From positions 1-64,000 of the forward strand of contig OW569348.1 of NCBI GenBank assembly GCA_937625935.1: DNA of 64,000 bases, in the 5' to 3' direction. This document shows, piece by piece, positions 42,735 through 54,349 of this stretch; within the stretch, counting starts at the first letter, position 1; every line of letters begins with the position of its first letter. The stretch is from Tetramitus jugosus. Its lineage: Eukaryota > Protista > Heterolobosea. The position numbers were made by a program, and so were the translations under genes. Below the pieces are notes generated by a model. The model worked only from the letters and a program-made list of their open reading frames with translations, searched no databases and had not been told where the DNA came from.

Positions 42735-44375
42735 ATGTCTGACAGTCGTAATTTCATTTTTTCCATTCTCTGGTTTATTGCCCGAGTGTTCATGCACGTG
42801 CTGCACGTGACCTCCCAAGCCATTGCCCGCTACAGGTCTCCAAAAAACTCTGCTCCTTCAGAGTTTACAACACACATCCGTAAGAACAAGGTGAAGAGAG
42901 TTGCCATTATTGGTGCTGGACCCAGTGGACTAACCACACTGAAAACTTGCCTTGAACATGGAAATTTTAGACAAGTGGTTTGCTTTGAAGCATCGGATCA
43001 CATTGGAGGCATTTGGAACTATCAGAATGAGAAGACACCCATGTACGACAGTCTGAATACCAATACTTCAAAGTACATGATGCATTTTAGTGATTTTACC
43101 ATGCCAGATTCCTATCCTGATTATCCAACGCACTATCAAGTGCAGTCCTACTTGGAAAACTATGCCAACAAGTTCGATTTGATGTCTTATATCAAATTGA
43201 ATCACTCTGTGGTTAAATTGGAAGAAAAATCAAATGGTGATTCTAGTGTCTGGACTGTGTCCTATCAAGCTACTGTTGGTGATCATGCAGGTCAGATTAT
43301 CAAGGAAGAATTTGATGCCGTTGCAATCTGCAATGGACATTACTCTGTGCCATTGATTCCTGATTCGTTGAAAGATCTATCAAAGGTTTACAAGAAGGCC
43401 ACTCGTATTATTCACTCATTAGACTTTAGATCGATTGATCTATCCACTTTGGCTGACAAGGTTTGTCTCGTTGTTGGTATTAGCAGTTCGGGTGCCGATA
43501 TTGCAAGTAAGTTGACAACAGTTGCAAAGAAGACCTATGTCTCCTGTGCTGACTATTCTGTGGTTTTCCCAAAGTATAGCTGTGGAAGACCACTGGATCA
43601 TAATTCCTATCGTAGAATCATCACCAAATTGCCTCAGTTTCTGTCAAAGCTCTATTTCAACCTGACTCTTTGGGCTCATTTACCTACAACTGCAAAGAAC
43701 CAACACCTTAACATGACTTCTCCAGTGAAGGTTGGTGGTAATGTGAATCCCGGCTTCAATACTGAGATTCTTCAATACATTGCCCATGGTAAAACAAAGA
43801 TCCGTTTGCCTGTTGTGGAGTTCAATGAAACCAAGATTACCTTTGCGGATGGCAAGTCATGTTCGCCAGACTATATCATATTTGCGACCGGATACGAGCA
43901 TCACTATCCATTCTTGGACAAGACGAATCCAATTATCACACTGGAGAACAATATTGTCAAGCCATTGTACAAGCATCTGTTGCACATTGAGAAGCCTTCT
44001 TTGGCCTTTATTGGTCTCCTAACAAAGGTTCATCCATTCCCTGTGGTTGAAGCACAGGCCCGATTGGTTGAAATGGCTTGGAGTGGAGAGGTAGAGCTGC
44101 CATCGACAAAGGAAATGCATCAGCATACAAAGGCACGTGAGGACATTTACAACAAATTCGGTATTAATCTTAGATATTGGAACAGAGAGGAACACTGCGA
44201 ATACTTGTACGACTTGGCCAAACAATGCGGATACTATCCTCATAGCATGCACTGGTCCAACTCCAAGTACTTTAAGCATCTGTTGTTTTATCCGGTTAGT
44301 CCACTGCAGTTCCGCATCTGTGGCAAGGGTGCTAAAAAGGGAGCAGCTGAGAAACTGTCACAAGTGTGGAAATGA
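42735..44375 (+). CDS. Flavin-containing monooxygenase (FMO)
   Basis: FAD motif GAGPSG, IGGIWNY, TNTSK, FSDF, 'IIHSLDFR', NADP motif GISSSGAD and FATGY. Confidence 0.95.
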   Translation: MSDSRNFIFSILWFIARVFMHVLHVTSQAIARYRSPKNSAPSEFTTHIRKNKVKRVAIIGAGPSGLTTLKTCLEHGNFRQVVCFEASDHIGGIWNYQNEKTPMYDSLNTNTSKYMMHFSDFTMPDSYPDYPTHYQVQSYLENYANKFDLMSYIKLNHSVVKLEEKSNGDSSVWTVSYQATVGDHAGQIIKEEFDAVAICNGHYSVPLIPDSLKDLSKVYKKATRIIHSLDFRSIDLSTLADKVCLVVGISSSGADIASKLTTVAKKTYVSCADYSVVFPKYSCGRPLDHNSYRRIITKLPQFLSKLYFNLTLWAHLPTTAKNQHLNMTSPVKVGGNVNPGFNTEILQYIAHGKTKIRLPVVEFNETKITFADGKSCSPDYIIFATGYEHHYPFLDKTNPIITLENNIVKPLYKHLLHIEKPSLAFIGLLTKVHPFPVVEAQARLVEMAWSGEVELPSTKEMHQHTKAREDIYNKFGINLRYWNREEHCEYLYDLAKQCGYYPHSMHWSNSKYFKHLLFYPVSPLQFRICGKGAKKGAAEKLSQVWK

Positions 44376-44645
44376 AGAGACAACAAACTGCTCACCCCTC
44401 AGCATTATTGAGTGTGGTTTAAAACATTTAACACGATTACTCAATGTCACCTCAATGATGTCCAGTCAAGTTTCATCTCCTGAAAAGTCCCAATAAAGAC
44501 GAATCCTCCCGTACTCGTACACAGTTCTCCCGCCAAAAAAAAAGCTTTCAGCAAGAAGACATACCCCAACAACACCAACCATCATCATCAAAAGAAAGCA
44601 CCAAACAAACAAACAATCATTTTTTTTTGAATCATCATCATCATC

Positions 44646-45427
44646 ATGTTCTCAGGACTACTCGACAGAAACAAGACATTCCGTCCCAAGCACAAATTCA
44701 CCAAGGGCTCCACACAACATGATTTGCACCAATTGGCCAAAGAAACACTTGGATCAGGTGACTTATCAGAAGCAGTGAAGCTTCCACCAGGAGAGAATCT
44801 AAATGAGTGGCTCGCCATTCATACTGTCGATTTTTATAATACCTCTAATTTGCTCTATGGAAGTCTCAACGAATTTTGTACAAAGGATACTTGTCCAACG
44901 ATGAGTGCGGGCAGTAAATATGAATATTTTTGGATGGATAAGCAAAAGTATAAGCGACCTACAAAATTACCTGCACCAGAGTACGTGGCCAATTTGATGG
45001 ATTGGATTGCTGTGCAGATTAACAATGAAGAAGTGTTTCCCACTGATCCAAGTATGTGTGTTTGTTTGATATGTTTTTGATTGCATTTGTTGTCTTTTCA
45101 ATGTGCAGTAGTTTTTTTTTGTCCAGTTATTGTTGTTGTTGAGATGTTGATCTAACTAACATGTGTGTGTTTGTGCTGCGTCGTACAGGTCGATTCAAGG
45201 AAGACTTCAAGGAAGAGATTAAAAACATTTTTAAGCGCATGTTCCGAGTGTACGCACACATTTATTACTCTCATTACAAGGATGCTCAAAAGTTGCAAGT
45301 GGATCGTCATTTGAACACTGCATTTAAGCATTTTGTTCTCTTTGTTTTAGAGTTTGATTTGGTGGACAAGAAAGAACTGCAACCATTGAAGTCCACCATT
45401 TTTGAGTTGGTAGGCAGGACTGTATAA
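44646..45427 (+). CDS. MOB1: MOB kinase activator (Mob1 family); intron 45052-45188
   Basis: Motifs 'TLGSGDLSEAVKLPPGENLNEWLA', 'CPTMSAG..YEYFW' and 'FKRMFRVYAHIYYSH'. The GTATGT...CTAAC...CAG intron is in frame. Confidence 0.96.
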
Positions 45428-45523
45428 TTAAAGTTTTATATTTTCGAGTTGTAGTTTCCCTTTTAACTTCTATCATAAAATGAGCTTCGATCGAACCTTA
45501 TAAATAAAAACAAAAAGTTCTGA

Positions 45524-45597
45524 TGCGGGTTGTGAGGATCGAACTCACGACCTTAGGATTATGAGACCTACGCGACTACCAGCTGCGCCAAACCCGC
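45524..45597 (-). tRNA. tRNA-Met(CAT), probably elongator
   Basis: Reverse complement: GCGGGTTTGGCGCAGCTGGTAGTCGCGTAGGTCTCATAATCCTAAGGTCGTGAGTTCGATCCTCACAACCCGCA. The acceptor stem is GCGGGTT/AACCCGC, the anticodon loop CTCATAA and the T-loop TTCGATC. Confidence 0.95.
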
Positions 45598-46078
45598 CAC
45601 ATGTTCTAAGAAATATTCTGATACGAGCGAATTTTTTGGGCCTCCCCAACTTTATGTTGGTTATACCAAGGAATAGTTGAAAATGTACAATCTGTTGTTT
45701 ACTTGTTGTTGTTGCTCTGTTGTTTTTGTGGTGGTGTGATCTGAAAGAAATCCGTCAACGTCCTGCTTTTCCAATCATGTGTTTGTCCCCTTTCAGGATT
45801 CAAGAAGAGCAAAATAGCAGAACATTCAATCTTCCTGAGCGATCGCGACCTCAAGAAATCCCGAAAACGCGGATAACACTTCCGAAACGCAGGAAAATAA
45901 GAATCCTAGAGGATTACAATGAAGGTTCTATCGCTCAACCACAGGCAGCAAGGGGTACGGATTGTTCACCAGAGACCCTTGGAACTGTTAACTGATCAAC
46001 TATTGAATTCTTCCTGGATTGATTTCAAAAACCAAAAACCAAAACAACAAAACCTCTAAGATATCATAACTCTCAATC

Positions 46079-46957
46079 ATGAACAGATCATCCATTCTGT
46101 TGCTGATTGTCGCCCTATTGGCTTTCTGTACCTTTAGCTCCACTGCTGCTACCGCTGCTGTCCCAAAGAAGTCTGCTCATCCATTCAGAAGCTACAGCAA
46201 GCTCAAGATCACTCCAAAGACCTTGCAAGAGATTGTTACTGAAGCTGTTGCTCAAAAGCTTTCTGTTGTTGCTGCAAAGGACAAGGCCCAATTGGACCTC
46301 TGCCCAACCTGTGTTCAAGTCACTGATCAAATCATCTCCAACTTGTTGAACGTCATCTTGAGTGGCCCAGTTATTGGAAGCTGCAACAAGTTGTGCTCAT
46401 TAGCTGTTAATGAATTGGTTGGAAAGCTACCAGACTCTGCCTTGCAAATCCTAGATGTCGGTTGCCAATTGGTCTGTGACTATGTCGGTGTCAACGAGTT
46501 CTCCAAGCTTGTCGAAATGGCTGATTTGGACCCAATTTGGCTCTGTCAAGAAGCAAGACTCTGCACCATTCATGACTGCACTGCAAAGACTTGTGCTCAA
46601 TTTGTTCAATTCCGTGCTATTCCAGCCTCTGCTCCAATGGGAAGCACATTCCAATTGGTCGGTGTCCTCCAAGTGTTCAACCAGACTGGAACTGGTGAAC
46701 AAATTATTGAGATTGACCCTTCAGGTGGTATGCCATTGGGTGATGGTGAGTTGATGCCTGCTGGATGGGCACCTGGTGTTTACAACTTGAACTGGCAAGT
46801 TCAAATCAGCAATGAGGGTCAAGACCCAGATGATCCACCATTCGAACCTGGTGTCTACCAAGTCGGTATCGCTGCTTGTGAAGGTCAATGTGGTTCAAAG
46901 CACAGTCACACTAGAACTCTTGCTGAAGTCTTTGGTCAATTCACTGTTACTGATTAA
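46079..46957 (+). CDS. Secreted countin-like saposin-B domain protein
   Basis: Signal peptide, saposin cysteine pattern 'CPTC...CNKLC...CQLVC...DLDPIWLCQEARLC', and C-terminal 'CEGQCGSKHSH'. Confidence 0.85.
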   Translation: MNRSSILLLIVALLAFCTFSSTAATAAVPKKSAHPFRSYSKLKITPKTLQEIVTEAVAQKLSVVAAKDKAQLDLCPTCVQVTDQIISNLLNVILSGPVIGSCNKLCSLAVNELVGKLPDSALQILDVGCQLVCDYVGVNEFSKLVEMADLDPIWLCQEARLCTIHDCTAKTCAQFVQFRAIPASAPMGSTFQLVGVLQVFNQTGTGEQIIEIDPSGGMPLGDGELMPAGWAPGVYNLNWQVQISNEGQDPDDPPFEPGVYQVGIAACEGQCGSKHSHTRTLAEVFGQFTVTD

Positions 46958-47093
46958 ACTTTCAAAGTCATTCATTTCCTCCATTGTGCATTGAGTTTCA
47001 CCATAACATGCATGTTTACAACTTTTGGCAATCAAAGCGCGAAAAAATCAAGTGATCTCCGACTTTACACAACAATCAAATAACAGGACGAAC

Positions 47094-47669
47094 ATGGATC
47101 AAAACAACAAATCAACAACAATCGAGACAACATTCGAAAATGCAAAGACAATGAATAATGATCGAAAGATATTAAAGATCCAAACACTGCATCAACTCAT
47201 TCAACACTACACCAACCAATTTCTCTCTTGGCATCACTTTACAACCATCTCACGAGCTCTTCCGTTCGTCAATCACACCAATTTCAAGATTATCGTGTTC
47301 CTATCGATTGCTTTTTATGCCTATCTCAAAATGACACGAGTCAACCCGAGTAATCTTCGTCTTTGGCGCATGGGTGATGACATTTGGTTCATTTTCATTG
47401 GATTTGTGAAACTTTACTATTTGAGTGATTATCATCGTAAGAGTAGAGGTAGTGGAGGTGTTGGAAGTCAAGAATATGAGAGTGATAATGCCAAGGTCAA
47501 CAATGTGACGGCCAGTAGTGGTGTCAAGAGTGATTTTTGGTTGATTGTACGATTATTGTCCATGATGATGTTTAATCGATCTTGTGGTGGTAATAGTGAC
47601 CGCACACTGCAGGAAGACTTTTTCTTTTCGAGCAGTGGAAATTTGTTTCTGGGTTATTTCTTTGTGTGA
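47094..47669 (+). CDS. Hypothetical membrane protein
   Basis: An ORF with two to three hydrophobic segments; no family recognised. Confidence 0.45.
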   Translation: MDQNNKSTTIETTFENAKTMNNDRKILKIQTLHQLIQHYTNQFLSWHHFTTISRALPFVNHTNFKIIVFLSIAFYAYLKMTRVNPSNLRLWRMGDDIWFIFIGFVKLYYLSDYHRKSRGSGGVGSQEYESDNAKVNNVTASSGVKSDFWLIVRLLSMMMFNRSCGGNSDRTLQEDFFFSSSGNLFLGYFFV

Positions 47670-47764
47670 TCGATTGAAGAATGCAAAATGGTGGGTACTA
47701 GTGGTGAGACATGGAGGAAGAATCAATGTTGTGCTAAAAGTGAAAGTACTTGGTTAATATTTGT

Positions 47765-49630
47765 TTAATCGATAATCAGAGTAGCAATGTGCTTTGCTTT
47801 GGTGATTAGAGTGGACTGTCCTTTTTTGAACCTGTTTCTCTTAATGTACAGACTGCACAGGTTACTGGTGGATGTGGACAGAGAGATGATATCTTGTACA
47901 CAATCATCGTTCAACATGTTACTTGTCAAGTCAAGTGTGCGCAAATGAACCAATGGAAGTATCAATCGAAGGCCCTTGGATGTAATTCCATTGGACATCA
48001 TCTCCAGTTTGATCAATTTGTTGAGTGCATAGTCGAATGAAGTGTGATCGCTATCGACCATGAGTGAACCATCTGTAATGTTGCACTTCATGAGACTCAG
48101 GTGAGTGAGTCGATTGGATTGAAACAGTGCTCGGGCACCATTGTCGCCAATGATGTTATTATCGAGGCGCAGTGATTGAATGGTTGGATGTTGACTGAGT
48201 ACGATGGCTCCTTGCTCGGTAATCTTTGTTTTGGATGCATCCAACGAGATGAGACGTGGCATACGAGATGCACTTTGTACCAATTGTTGAGCAAATTCAT
48301 TGGACAACTGTTCGTTGAGACTGACGTCGATATGATTCAACTGAGACAGGAATGATTCTACTGAGAACAGTGGCTCGCAAGCAGACAGACTCAGACTACA
48401 ATAACGAAGCTCTAATTGTTCAAGTGAGTCTCTATGGTTGCGAACAATGTGACTGATGAGAGGTGCCTGGATAGTGGTGTTGAAATTGAAGTTGAGAGAC
48501 TTGAATCGATTTCGTCTCTCTTTGGGCAGTTTCTGGGACAGGCTGTGGTTGTCGGATATGGCAATCATTTGACCAGTATCTGCACCGAGAACCGTCAAGT
48601 ATTCAACTTTGCTTTTTGGAGAAAATAATAAATCATCAATGTTTTGAATGGTTGCATCGACAGTCAAACGCTTCAAATGGGTATTATTCGTCAAGTACTG
48701 GATACACGCCCCATCCAAGAACTTACAACCACTCACATTCAACTCAGTGATCGATTTGTTCTTTGTTAGTGGTTGCAAGGCATCTGGAGTGATAGGCGCC
48801 TTTGTCAAGTGCAACACTCTCAAGTGTTCATTCGCAAGCAGCTGTTGCACAACGCTAGTAAAAACACTCGGTTGTCCCTCGAGCTCCAAATGCCTCAACA
48901 GAGGTCTCTTTTTGATCGATCCAGGTAAAAGGACGGCATTATCATCCGCGATCAACGGTTCGTTCACTTTTAGAGTTTTCAATTCAGGAAGAAACTCTTG
49001 GGTGAGTAAAAATTGAGCAATAGTCTCCAGTGTCACACTTGTGCCAAACAGATTCAAATATTCCAGCTTTGTGGAGTACTTTTGCAACAACAGTAATATC
49101 TCATGATTGATTTCTTTTTGGTACACAAACTCCAGTTTTCTCAAACCAGTCAATCGACTCAACAAGTATTCACATTGATGTGTGTTGAGCGATTGATCTT
49201 GGAAGAACAAGTTTGACAAAACAGAGAAACCAAAGATGCTTGGGCTCACGGGAATAAGCTCTAAAATTCTCGTATCGTTATCAGATATCGTCTTCATGAT
49301 TTGACCTCGATGATTCATGCACTGGTTGGCATACAGAGTGAAATTTCGAAAAATGAGATGAATTTTTCGATGTCCCAGAGAGCTATAGGGAAAGTAGCCG
49401 TAGAGTACACGGATCATTCGATTGAATTTGACTTGCCTATTGTCCATTGTTGACAAATGAGCGTATCTGTGCAGTGGAAAATTGGTCATGTCGAATATTT
49501 GAAGCACAGTGTCTTCGGGGAGCATTCGAAGCAAGTGAGCCACCTTTTCCAAGTCATCATCATTGTTGGCATCTTGTGTTTGAGCTTCTTGAATGGCAGT
49601 CGTTGGCACCTGGGAGGAGATGGATGTCAT
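47765..49630 (-). CDS. Leucine-rich repeat protein (RNI/F-box-like LRRs)
   Basis: Repeated LxxLxLxxNxI/CxI units such as 'IQSLRLDNNIIGDNGARAL' and 'LTHLSLMKCNITD'. Confidence 0.88.
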   Translation of the reverse strand: MTSISSQVPTTAIQEAQTQDANNDDDLEKVAHLLRMLPEDTVLQIFDMTNFPLHRYAHLSTMDNRQVKFNRMIRVLYGYFPYSSLGHRKIHLIFRNFTLYANQCMNHRGQIMKTISDNDTRILELIPVSPSIFGFSVLSNLFFQDQSLNTHQCEYLLSRLTGLRKLEFVYQKEINHEILLLLQKYSTKLEYLNLFGTSVTLETIAQFLLTQEFLPELKTLKVNEPLIADDNAVLLPGSIKKRPLLRHLELEGQPSVFTSVVQQLLANEHLRVLHLTKAPITPDALQPLTKNKSITELNVSGCKFLDGACIQYLTNNTHLKRLTVDATIQNIDDLLFSPKSKVEYLTVLGADTGQMIAISDNHSLSQKLPKERRNRFKSLNFNFNTTIQAPLISHIVRNHRDSLEQLELRYCSLSLSACEPLFSVESFLSQLNHIDVSLNEQLSNEFAQQLVQSASRMPRLISLDASKTKITEQGAIVLSQHPTIQSLRLDNNIIGDNGARALFQSNRLTHLSLMKCNITDGSLMVDSDHTSFDYALNKLIKLEMMSNGITSKGLRLILPLVHLRTLDLTSNMLNDDCVQDIISLSTSTSNLCSLYIKRNRFKKGQSTLITKAKHIATLIID

Positions 49631-49819
49631 GTTACTCCAATGTAAGTTTGTTTTTTCCGTCTGTGAATTTGTTATCAAATTTCAAGTTCTCGAGTTTCAC
49701 TCCGCGGATCTGAAACTTCAACAAGCACCTAAAAAAAGTGTGGCCATTCTCCGATCAGAACAATAATCAAGCAAAATATTTTTTTCTCTCCACTTGTCGA
49801 CAACAAAGCAAGAGAGACT

Positions 49820-52800
49820 ATGACTAAGGATCCATCATCTCAACAACAACAACAACAACAAGAAAAACTAAAGAGAGAATGGCTTCATGGTCAAGTCACT
49901 CCCAAACGAATTCAAAATATTCTCTCAAAGATCAATGATGAGTCATGGGTCATTGATCAGTGCATTCACAGGACTGCCATCGACTCTCAATCCATGAGAG
50001 ATTTAATACAACATGGTATCTTTCTGATTGACGATCGTCATTCAACCATTATTCAAGACTTGAAAACAAGGCTCAAAAACAACAATAATAAAAAGAAGCA
50101 AAAAGAAGAAACAATTGTTGATGTGAGTGAGAAGCAATGGCAACTCATGAACAAGAGACAACAATTGTACATATTGAAGAGTCGATTGGACACGTACATG
50201 GAGATGAGAGAGGACAATGCGTTCATTGAACCAGAGTTTGTCCAGTTGAGAGACGCGCATTTGGTTCAGTATGCAAAGGAAAAGGCGTTGAATAGGGAGT
50301 TTCATGCGTTGACTGCCATTCTCATGAATCATTTGAGTGATCAATTCAAACAACCATTTATGATTTCTCAGAGTGAAGCACTGGATATTTTGAGTTGTGT
50401 TCCTGGGACGACAAGCCCTGATTTGTACAGTCATTTATTGCCATTGATTGTCAGTGGAGAAGATGGCAATGATGATGAAGGAAGAGTAGTGTTTTTTGAT
50501 GAAGAGTTTTCAGATGATTGTGGTGGTGGTAGTGGGAATTGGGGCCGAACGAGTGATGATTCGATCGTGTATGACTATGATTGGAGTGATAGCTCCGAGA
50601 TCAACAATCAAGGTGAAAATAAGGTGACAATGTTTGCAAAGTGTGTACGATTAACAGAGCAACAAGTGCGCGATTGGTACAAGACGAGAGCGATTCAAAT
50701 TGAAGAACAATGCGGTTTCGCAGACAACTCGCTACGGTTGATTGATATTGCGATGCGAGACAAGGGAGTGTCTGGATTGGAAGACTTTAGAACAACCATG
50801 TACTTTTTTAATGTGATTGTGTACGAATGTGAAAATGATTGCATTACCTTGGACAGCTATTTGAATCAGTTGAGTGATTATGAAAAGTTTGTGATGTTGA
50901 TGCAAGTTGTTGAATATGTGCCGGACGATGAAACTTCTGCTGACCTGTTTGTGGATCATTTGAAGAGAGTTGGTTTGTTATTTATTGAGCAGAATGAGAC
51001 TGCTCGTAGACCGCTTCTCTATCAATTTATGCGTGAAAAATTGGCAAAGAACAATATGCAAATTATTGAAAAGATTGTCAAGCAGAGCAAGCAACATCAT
51101 GGAACCAAGAATCGAATCATCAAATCGGATCAGGATTTAATGAATGTGGCATTGGACTGTATTTATGCATCAAATCAAGCAGACGCATGGGACAGCTTGA
51201 TCAACGTGTTGGAAGAAGCAACAGAAGGTGTTGAATCGAACAGCAAACTACTAGCTTTACGACAATGTTTATTTGTTGGTGAAATCTTATGCAAATATGG
51301 TGAATATTTAAATGTGCGAGATGTGGAGTCCTTGCGATCGAATGCTTCGCAACTTGAAACTATTGTGAAGAAGCTGATTCAGAAAACAAAGAAAAATAAC
51401 TTTGAAAATGCTGATTTTGATGAATTGCTGGAAGATATACTCTTTTTGATCAAATTTTCGCCATCTATGTCAGTAGTTGACATCCTATCCATGTATCTCA
51501 TTTATAGATGTAATGCTGGATATTCCATACCGTTTGATGAGCTAACTGCATGTGATATGTTAAGTTACGAACAAATTGATGCCACACTTTATACGTTATT
51601 GGAAGCATTAATAAGCTGTTCAAAATCCCCTCGTGATAAATCGCTCAATCAAGCGAAGCAGTGTGTATCTTTGCATAAAAGGTTGATCAAATCTTTCAAA
51701 ACAAATGTTACGAGAGAGCGTCGATGGGAAATTGACGCAAATATATTGGAAGCCTACAATATTTTATTATCTCATTTCCCTAAAACTACGGAATTAGCGA
51801 AACTGAGAGAAATGCTTGATAAGGGACAAGAAGAGGAATTTGTTCAAACCATTTTGATGGAGAATCATAGTGAAAGAGCGTATACAAAGTTGAATAACTT
51901 GCTTCAAATTTCTAACCTAGTAGGTTTCAACTCGAAACATCATCAACTTGAAGTGAAGCGATTGGTAGCAGAGGTTGCTTTGAGAGAATCTGATTTTCCA
52001 TTTGCTCTCAATGTGGCTCAGTCATTGATGCAAAGCAATCACGCCTCATCATATAATTTAGCGCACCAACTCGCCACAAACAATGAAATTGAGATTACGA
52101 ACAGAGAAAGAAATAACCTTCTTCTGTTTGTTCTTGATCATTGCCCATGCGAGCTAATCACTGAAGTGATCGAAGTTCAGAGACAATTTGATGTTTCCAT
52201 CGATTTGGAACAAGAGGATATGGACACTCTTTCCATTGAAAACTCTTCCGAGTCTTCCATTTCGGTCACACATATGAGAGATGCTCTGTTACAAAGAAAT
52301 ACTCCCCTGTTTCTACTCTACGGCACTCACTTGGCTAGTCTCAGTCATATCGAGCACATTGACTCTTGCCTCCAATCAGTAGTGCAAGAGAACGAAGGAA
52401 GCATGGATCTGTTGGACATTGTGCGCGATATTAGCTGCCTGTTTAGTTTGCTCGTGCTACGCGAAGGTGCATCTTCTACCGATGAAATGCTGCTCGTAAA
52501 GAATTTAGTACAAATGACTGCGGATCAAATTATCGAACAAGTTATGCTCATGCAGGCAACGAATCAACCAATCGATGAAAGTCTAATGTCCAGACTAAAG
52601 TATTACAGCAATGTAATGCAGTCTCAAGCAAGTCGAGGCAATAAGCAAAAGATTAGAGAGCTACTTGAGAGTGGTGAGTCTGATGCCGCGTCCTTACTGT
52701 TAATCAATTTGCCTACGGACGAATTGCCATATTTTGCCGAACTAGCTATTTGTGATTCAGACTCGATCAGCTCTGACATGAGGTTGTTCCTGATCGATGA

Positions 52801-54349
52801 AGTATTGCGACTGCTTGCTCTCCATAATATTGACTATGAAACGAGCAAAATGCGGTATGAGAAATATCGATTGCACACAACGAAGCTTTTCCACCAAAGA
52901 CACGACACAGATCGCGATATTTGGATATCGTACATCAATGGATCGATTGATTTGATATCAGCGATCGCCCAGTCCATATTGTTGAACAATAGTGTTGATA
53001 CAATCAACAAAAGACTAAGCACTCTGAGAGAAGAATACACAAGAGCTTTCCAGGGTTCAGTCAGCAAAGATGCGCCTGTTGCCCTTCTAGAATTGAATCT
53101 AGCGAACGCAATATCTACAATTACACAAGAAGTCCTAAATGGACTTGACAATGTATCGGAGTCAATAGATATTGTTGAAGATGCCTTCCCGAGCGCACAT
53201 ATCGAAGATCATCATGTATCATGGCCTCCATCGAGCTGGATACAAGCAAAAAAGTGCTTGTGTATGATCCTATCTGCATCTGATGTCTCGGATGACAAAG
53301 AGTTGTTCGAGGTGCCTCTCGAGCTATGTGACAAATTTGGCTTGGATGAAGAAAAAGGACTTAATGCTCGAATTGTAGTGTTGAGAATCATCGAGAAGTT
53401 CAAGCCACTTACAACAATGGTGCGTTCACTTCTCCAACGATATGAAACATCGCAACATCTCCAAGAAGCATTTACCTCTCTGTCGCACTCATACTTGGTT
53501 GTCAATAGTACTTTGGATGAGCAGTGGAAATCTGATTTCGAGGAACTTTTAGCAAAAGCAGAAACAGAGAAGCAATTCGAGTGTTTATCTGCTATCATTA
53601 GAATTTGGAAGAAAGATGCTGATGAGGAAGCTCTAGCTCCTTTGCAATACTGCTTGAAGCTGCTCCTGCACGCAATTGTCAACAACAATCCAAATCTGCT
53701 TCTAGACATTTCAATCGAACATTTCAGCATTCTGACACTGGAGATTGATGAGTACATTTATAAGGAGTTACAAGAGGCCAAGTTGTCACTGCTTGCCTGT
53801 CGGTATGCCATTCAGTCATCTCACAAACCTGTTCAGGAGCAAGGATTACAATACGCAAAAACAAATCAAAGTCAGGTTGCTGAATGGTTAACAAGTGAAC
53901 ATAGGAACTATAATGACTTTGTTAACAATTGTATCATGAATGGCTATGCGATCTCTATTTCGGAGTCTCCTACCATCATTAGGCATATCCTTGACGGAAA
54001 AGTGCATTTCACTTCGGACGAGTGCGAGTGCCAATTCGTTGCGGAACTGTGCTTGCACTTCGCCAAAGAGAACATTGCTCCCTCCAAGCGATATTGTCTT
54101 CTCTATGCTGGTGAATATGTTGCCAGGAGAGTTTATGGAATACCACACACTCTCACAACTCTCTCCAATTGTATCATACTCATCAAGGACTACCTGAACT
54201 TGCAAGTTGTATGCATGAAAAGAAAGGAGAGTGATTTCAACACTCACAAATCACGCACATTTGCATACCACATTGACGAAGTGAAATTCTGCAGACAACT
54301 ATCACTAGCTGCTCTAAAGACATTGACTGCATCCATGAATCACCAATAA
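49820..54349 (+). CDS. Sec39/NBAS-like ER tethering protein
   Basis: A 1509-aa helical protein with 'LDILSCVPGTTSPDLYSHLLP', 'DWYKTRAIQIEEQCGFADNSLRLIDIA' and 'LLLFVLDHCP', resembling NBAS/Sec39 motifs. Confidence 0.8.
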   Translation: MTKDPSSQQQQQQQEKLKREWLHGQVTPKRIQNILSKINDESWVIDQCIHRTAIDSQSMRDLIQHGIFLIDDRHSTIIQDLKTRLKNNNNKKKQKEETIVDVSEKQWQLMNKRQQLYILKSRLDTYMEMREDNAFIEPEFVQLRDAHLVQYAKEKALNREFHALTAILMNHLSDQFKQPFMISQSEALDILSCVPGTTSPDLYSHLLPLIVSGEDGNDDEGRVVFFDEEFSDDCGGGSGNWGRTSDDSIVYDYDWSDSSEINNQGENKVTMFAKCVRLTEQQVRDWYKTRAIQIEEQCGFADNSLRLIDIAMRDKGVSGLEDFRTTMYFFNVIVYECENDCITLDSYLNQLSDYEKFVMLMQVVEYVPDDETSADLFVDHLKRVGLLFIEQNETARRPLLYQFMREKLAKNNMQIIEKIVKQSKQHHGTKNRIIKSDQDLMNVALDCIYASNQADAWDSLINVLEEATEGVESNSKLLALRQCLFVGEILCKYGEYLNVRDVESLRSNASQLETIVKKLIQKTKKNNFENADFDELLEDILFLIKFSPSMSVVDILSMYLIYRCNAGYSIPFDELTACDMLSYEQIDATLYTLLEALISCSKSPRDKSLNQAKQCVSLHKRLIKSFKTNVTRERRWEIDANILEAYNILLSHFPKTTELAKLREMLDKGQEEEFVQTILMENHSERAYTKLNNLLQISNLVGFNSKHHQLEVKRLVAEVALRESDFPFALNVAQSLMQSNHASSYNLAHQLATNNEIEITNRERNNLLLFVLDHCPCELITEVIEVQRQFDVSIDLEQEDMDTLSIENSSESSISVTHMRDALLQRNTPLFLLYGTHLASLSHIEHIDSCLQSVVQENEGSMDLLDIVRDISCLFSLLVLREGASSTDEMLLVKNLVQMTADQIIEQVMLMQATNQPIDESLMSRLKYYSNVMQSQASRGNKQKIRELLESGESDAASLLLINLPTDELPYFAELAICDSDSISSDMRLFLIDEVLRLLALHNIDYETSKMRYEKYRLHTTKLFHQRHDTDRDIWISYINGSIDLISAIAQSILLNNSVDTINKRLSTLREEYTRAFQGSVSKDAPVALLELNLANAISTITQEVLNGLDNVSESIDIVEDAFPSAHIEDHHVSWPPSSWIQAKKCLCMILSASDVSDDKELFEVPLELCDKFGLDEEKGLNARIVVLRIIEKFKPLTTMVRSLLQRYETSQHLQEAFTSLSHSYLVVNSTLDEQWKSDFEELLAKAETEKQFECLSAIIRIWKKDADEEALAPLQYCLKLLLHAIVNNNPNLLLDISIEHFSILTLEIDEYIYKELQEAKLSLLACRYAIQSSHKPVQEQGLQYAKTNQSQVAEWLTSEHRNYNDFVNNCIMNGYAISISESPTIIRHILDGKVHFTSDECECQFVAELCLHFAKENIAPSKRYCLLYAGEYVARRVYGIPHTLTTLSNCIILIKDYLNLQVVCMKRKESDFNTHKSRTFAYHIDEVKFCRQLSLAALKTLTASMNHQ

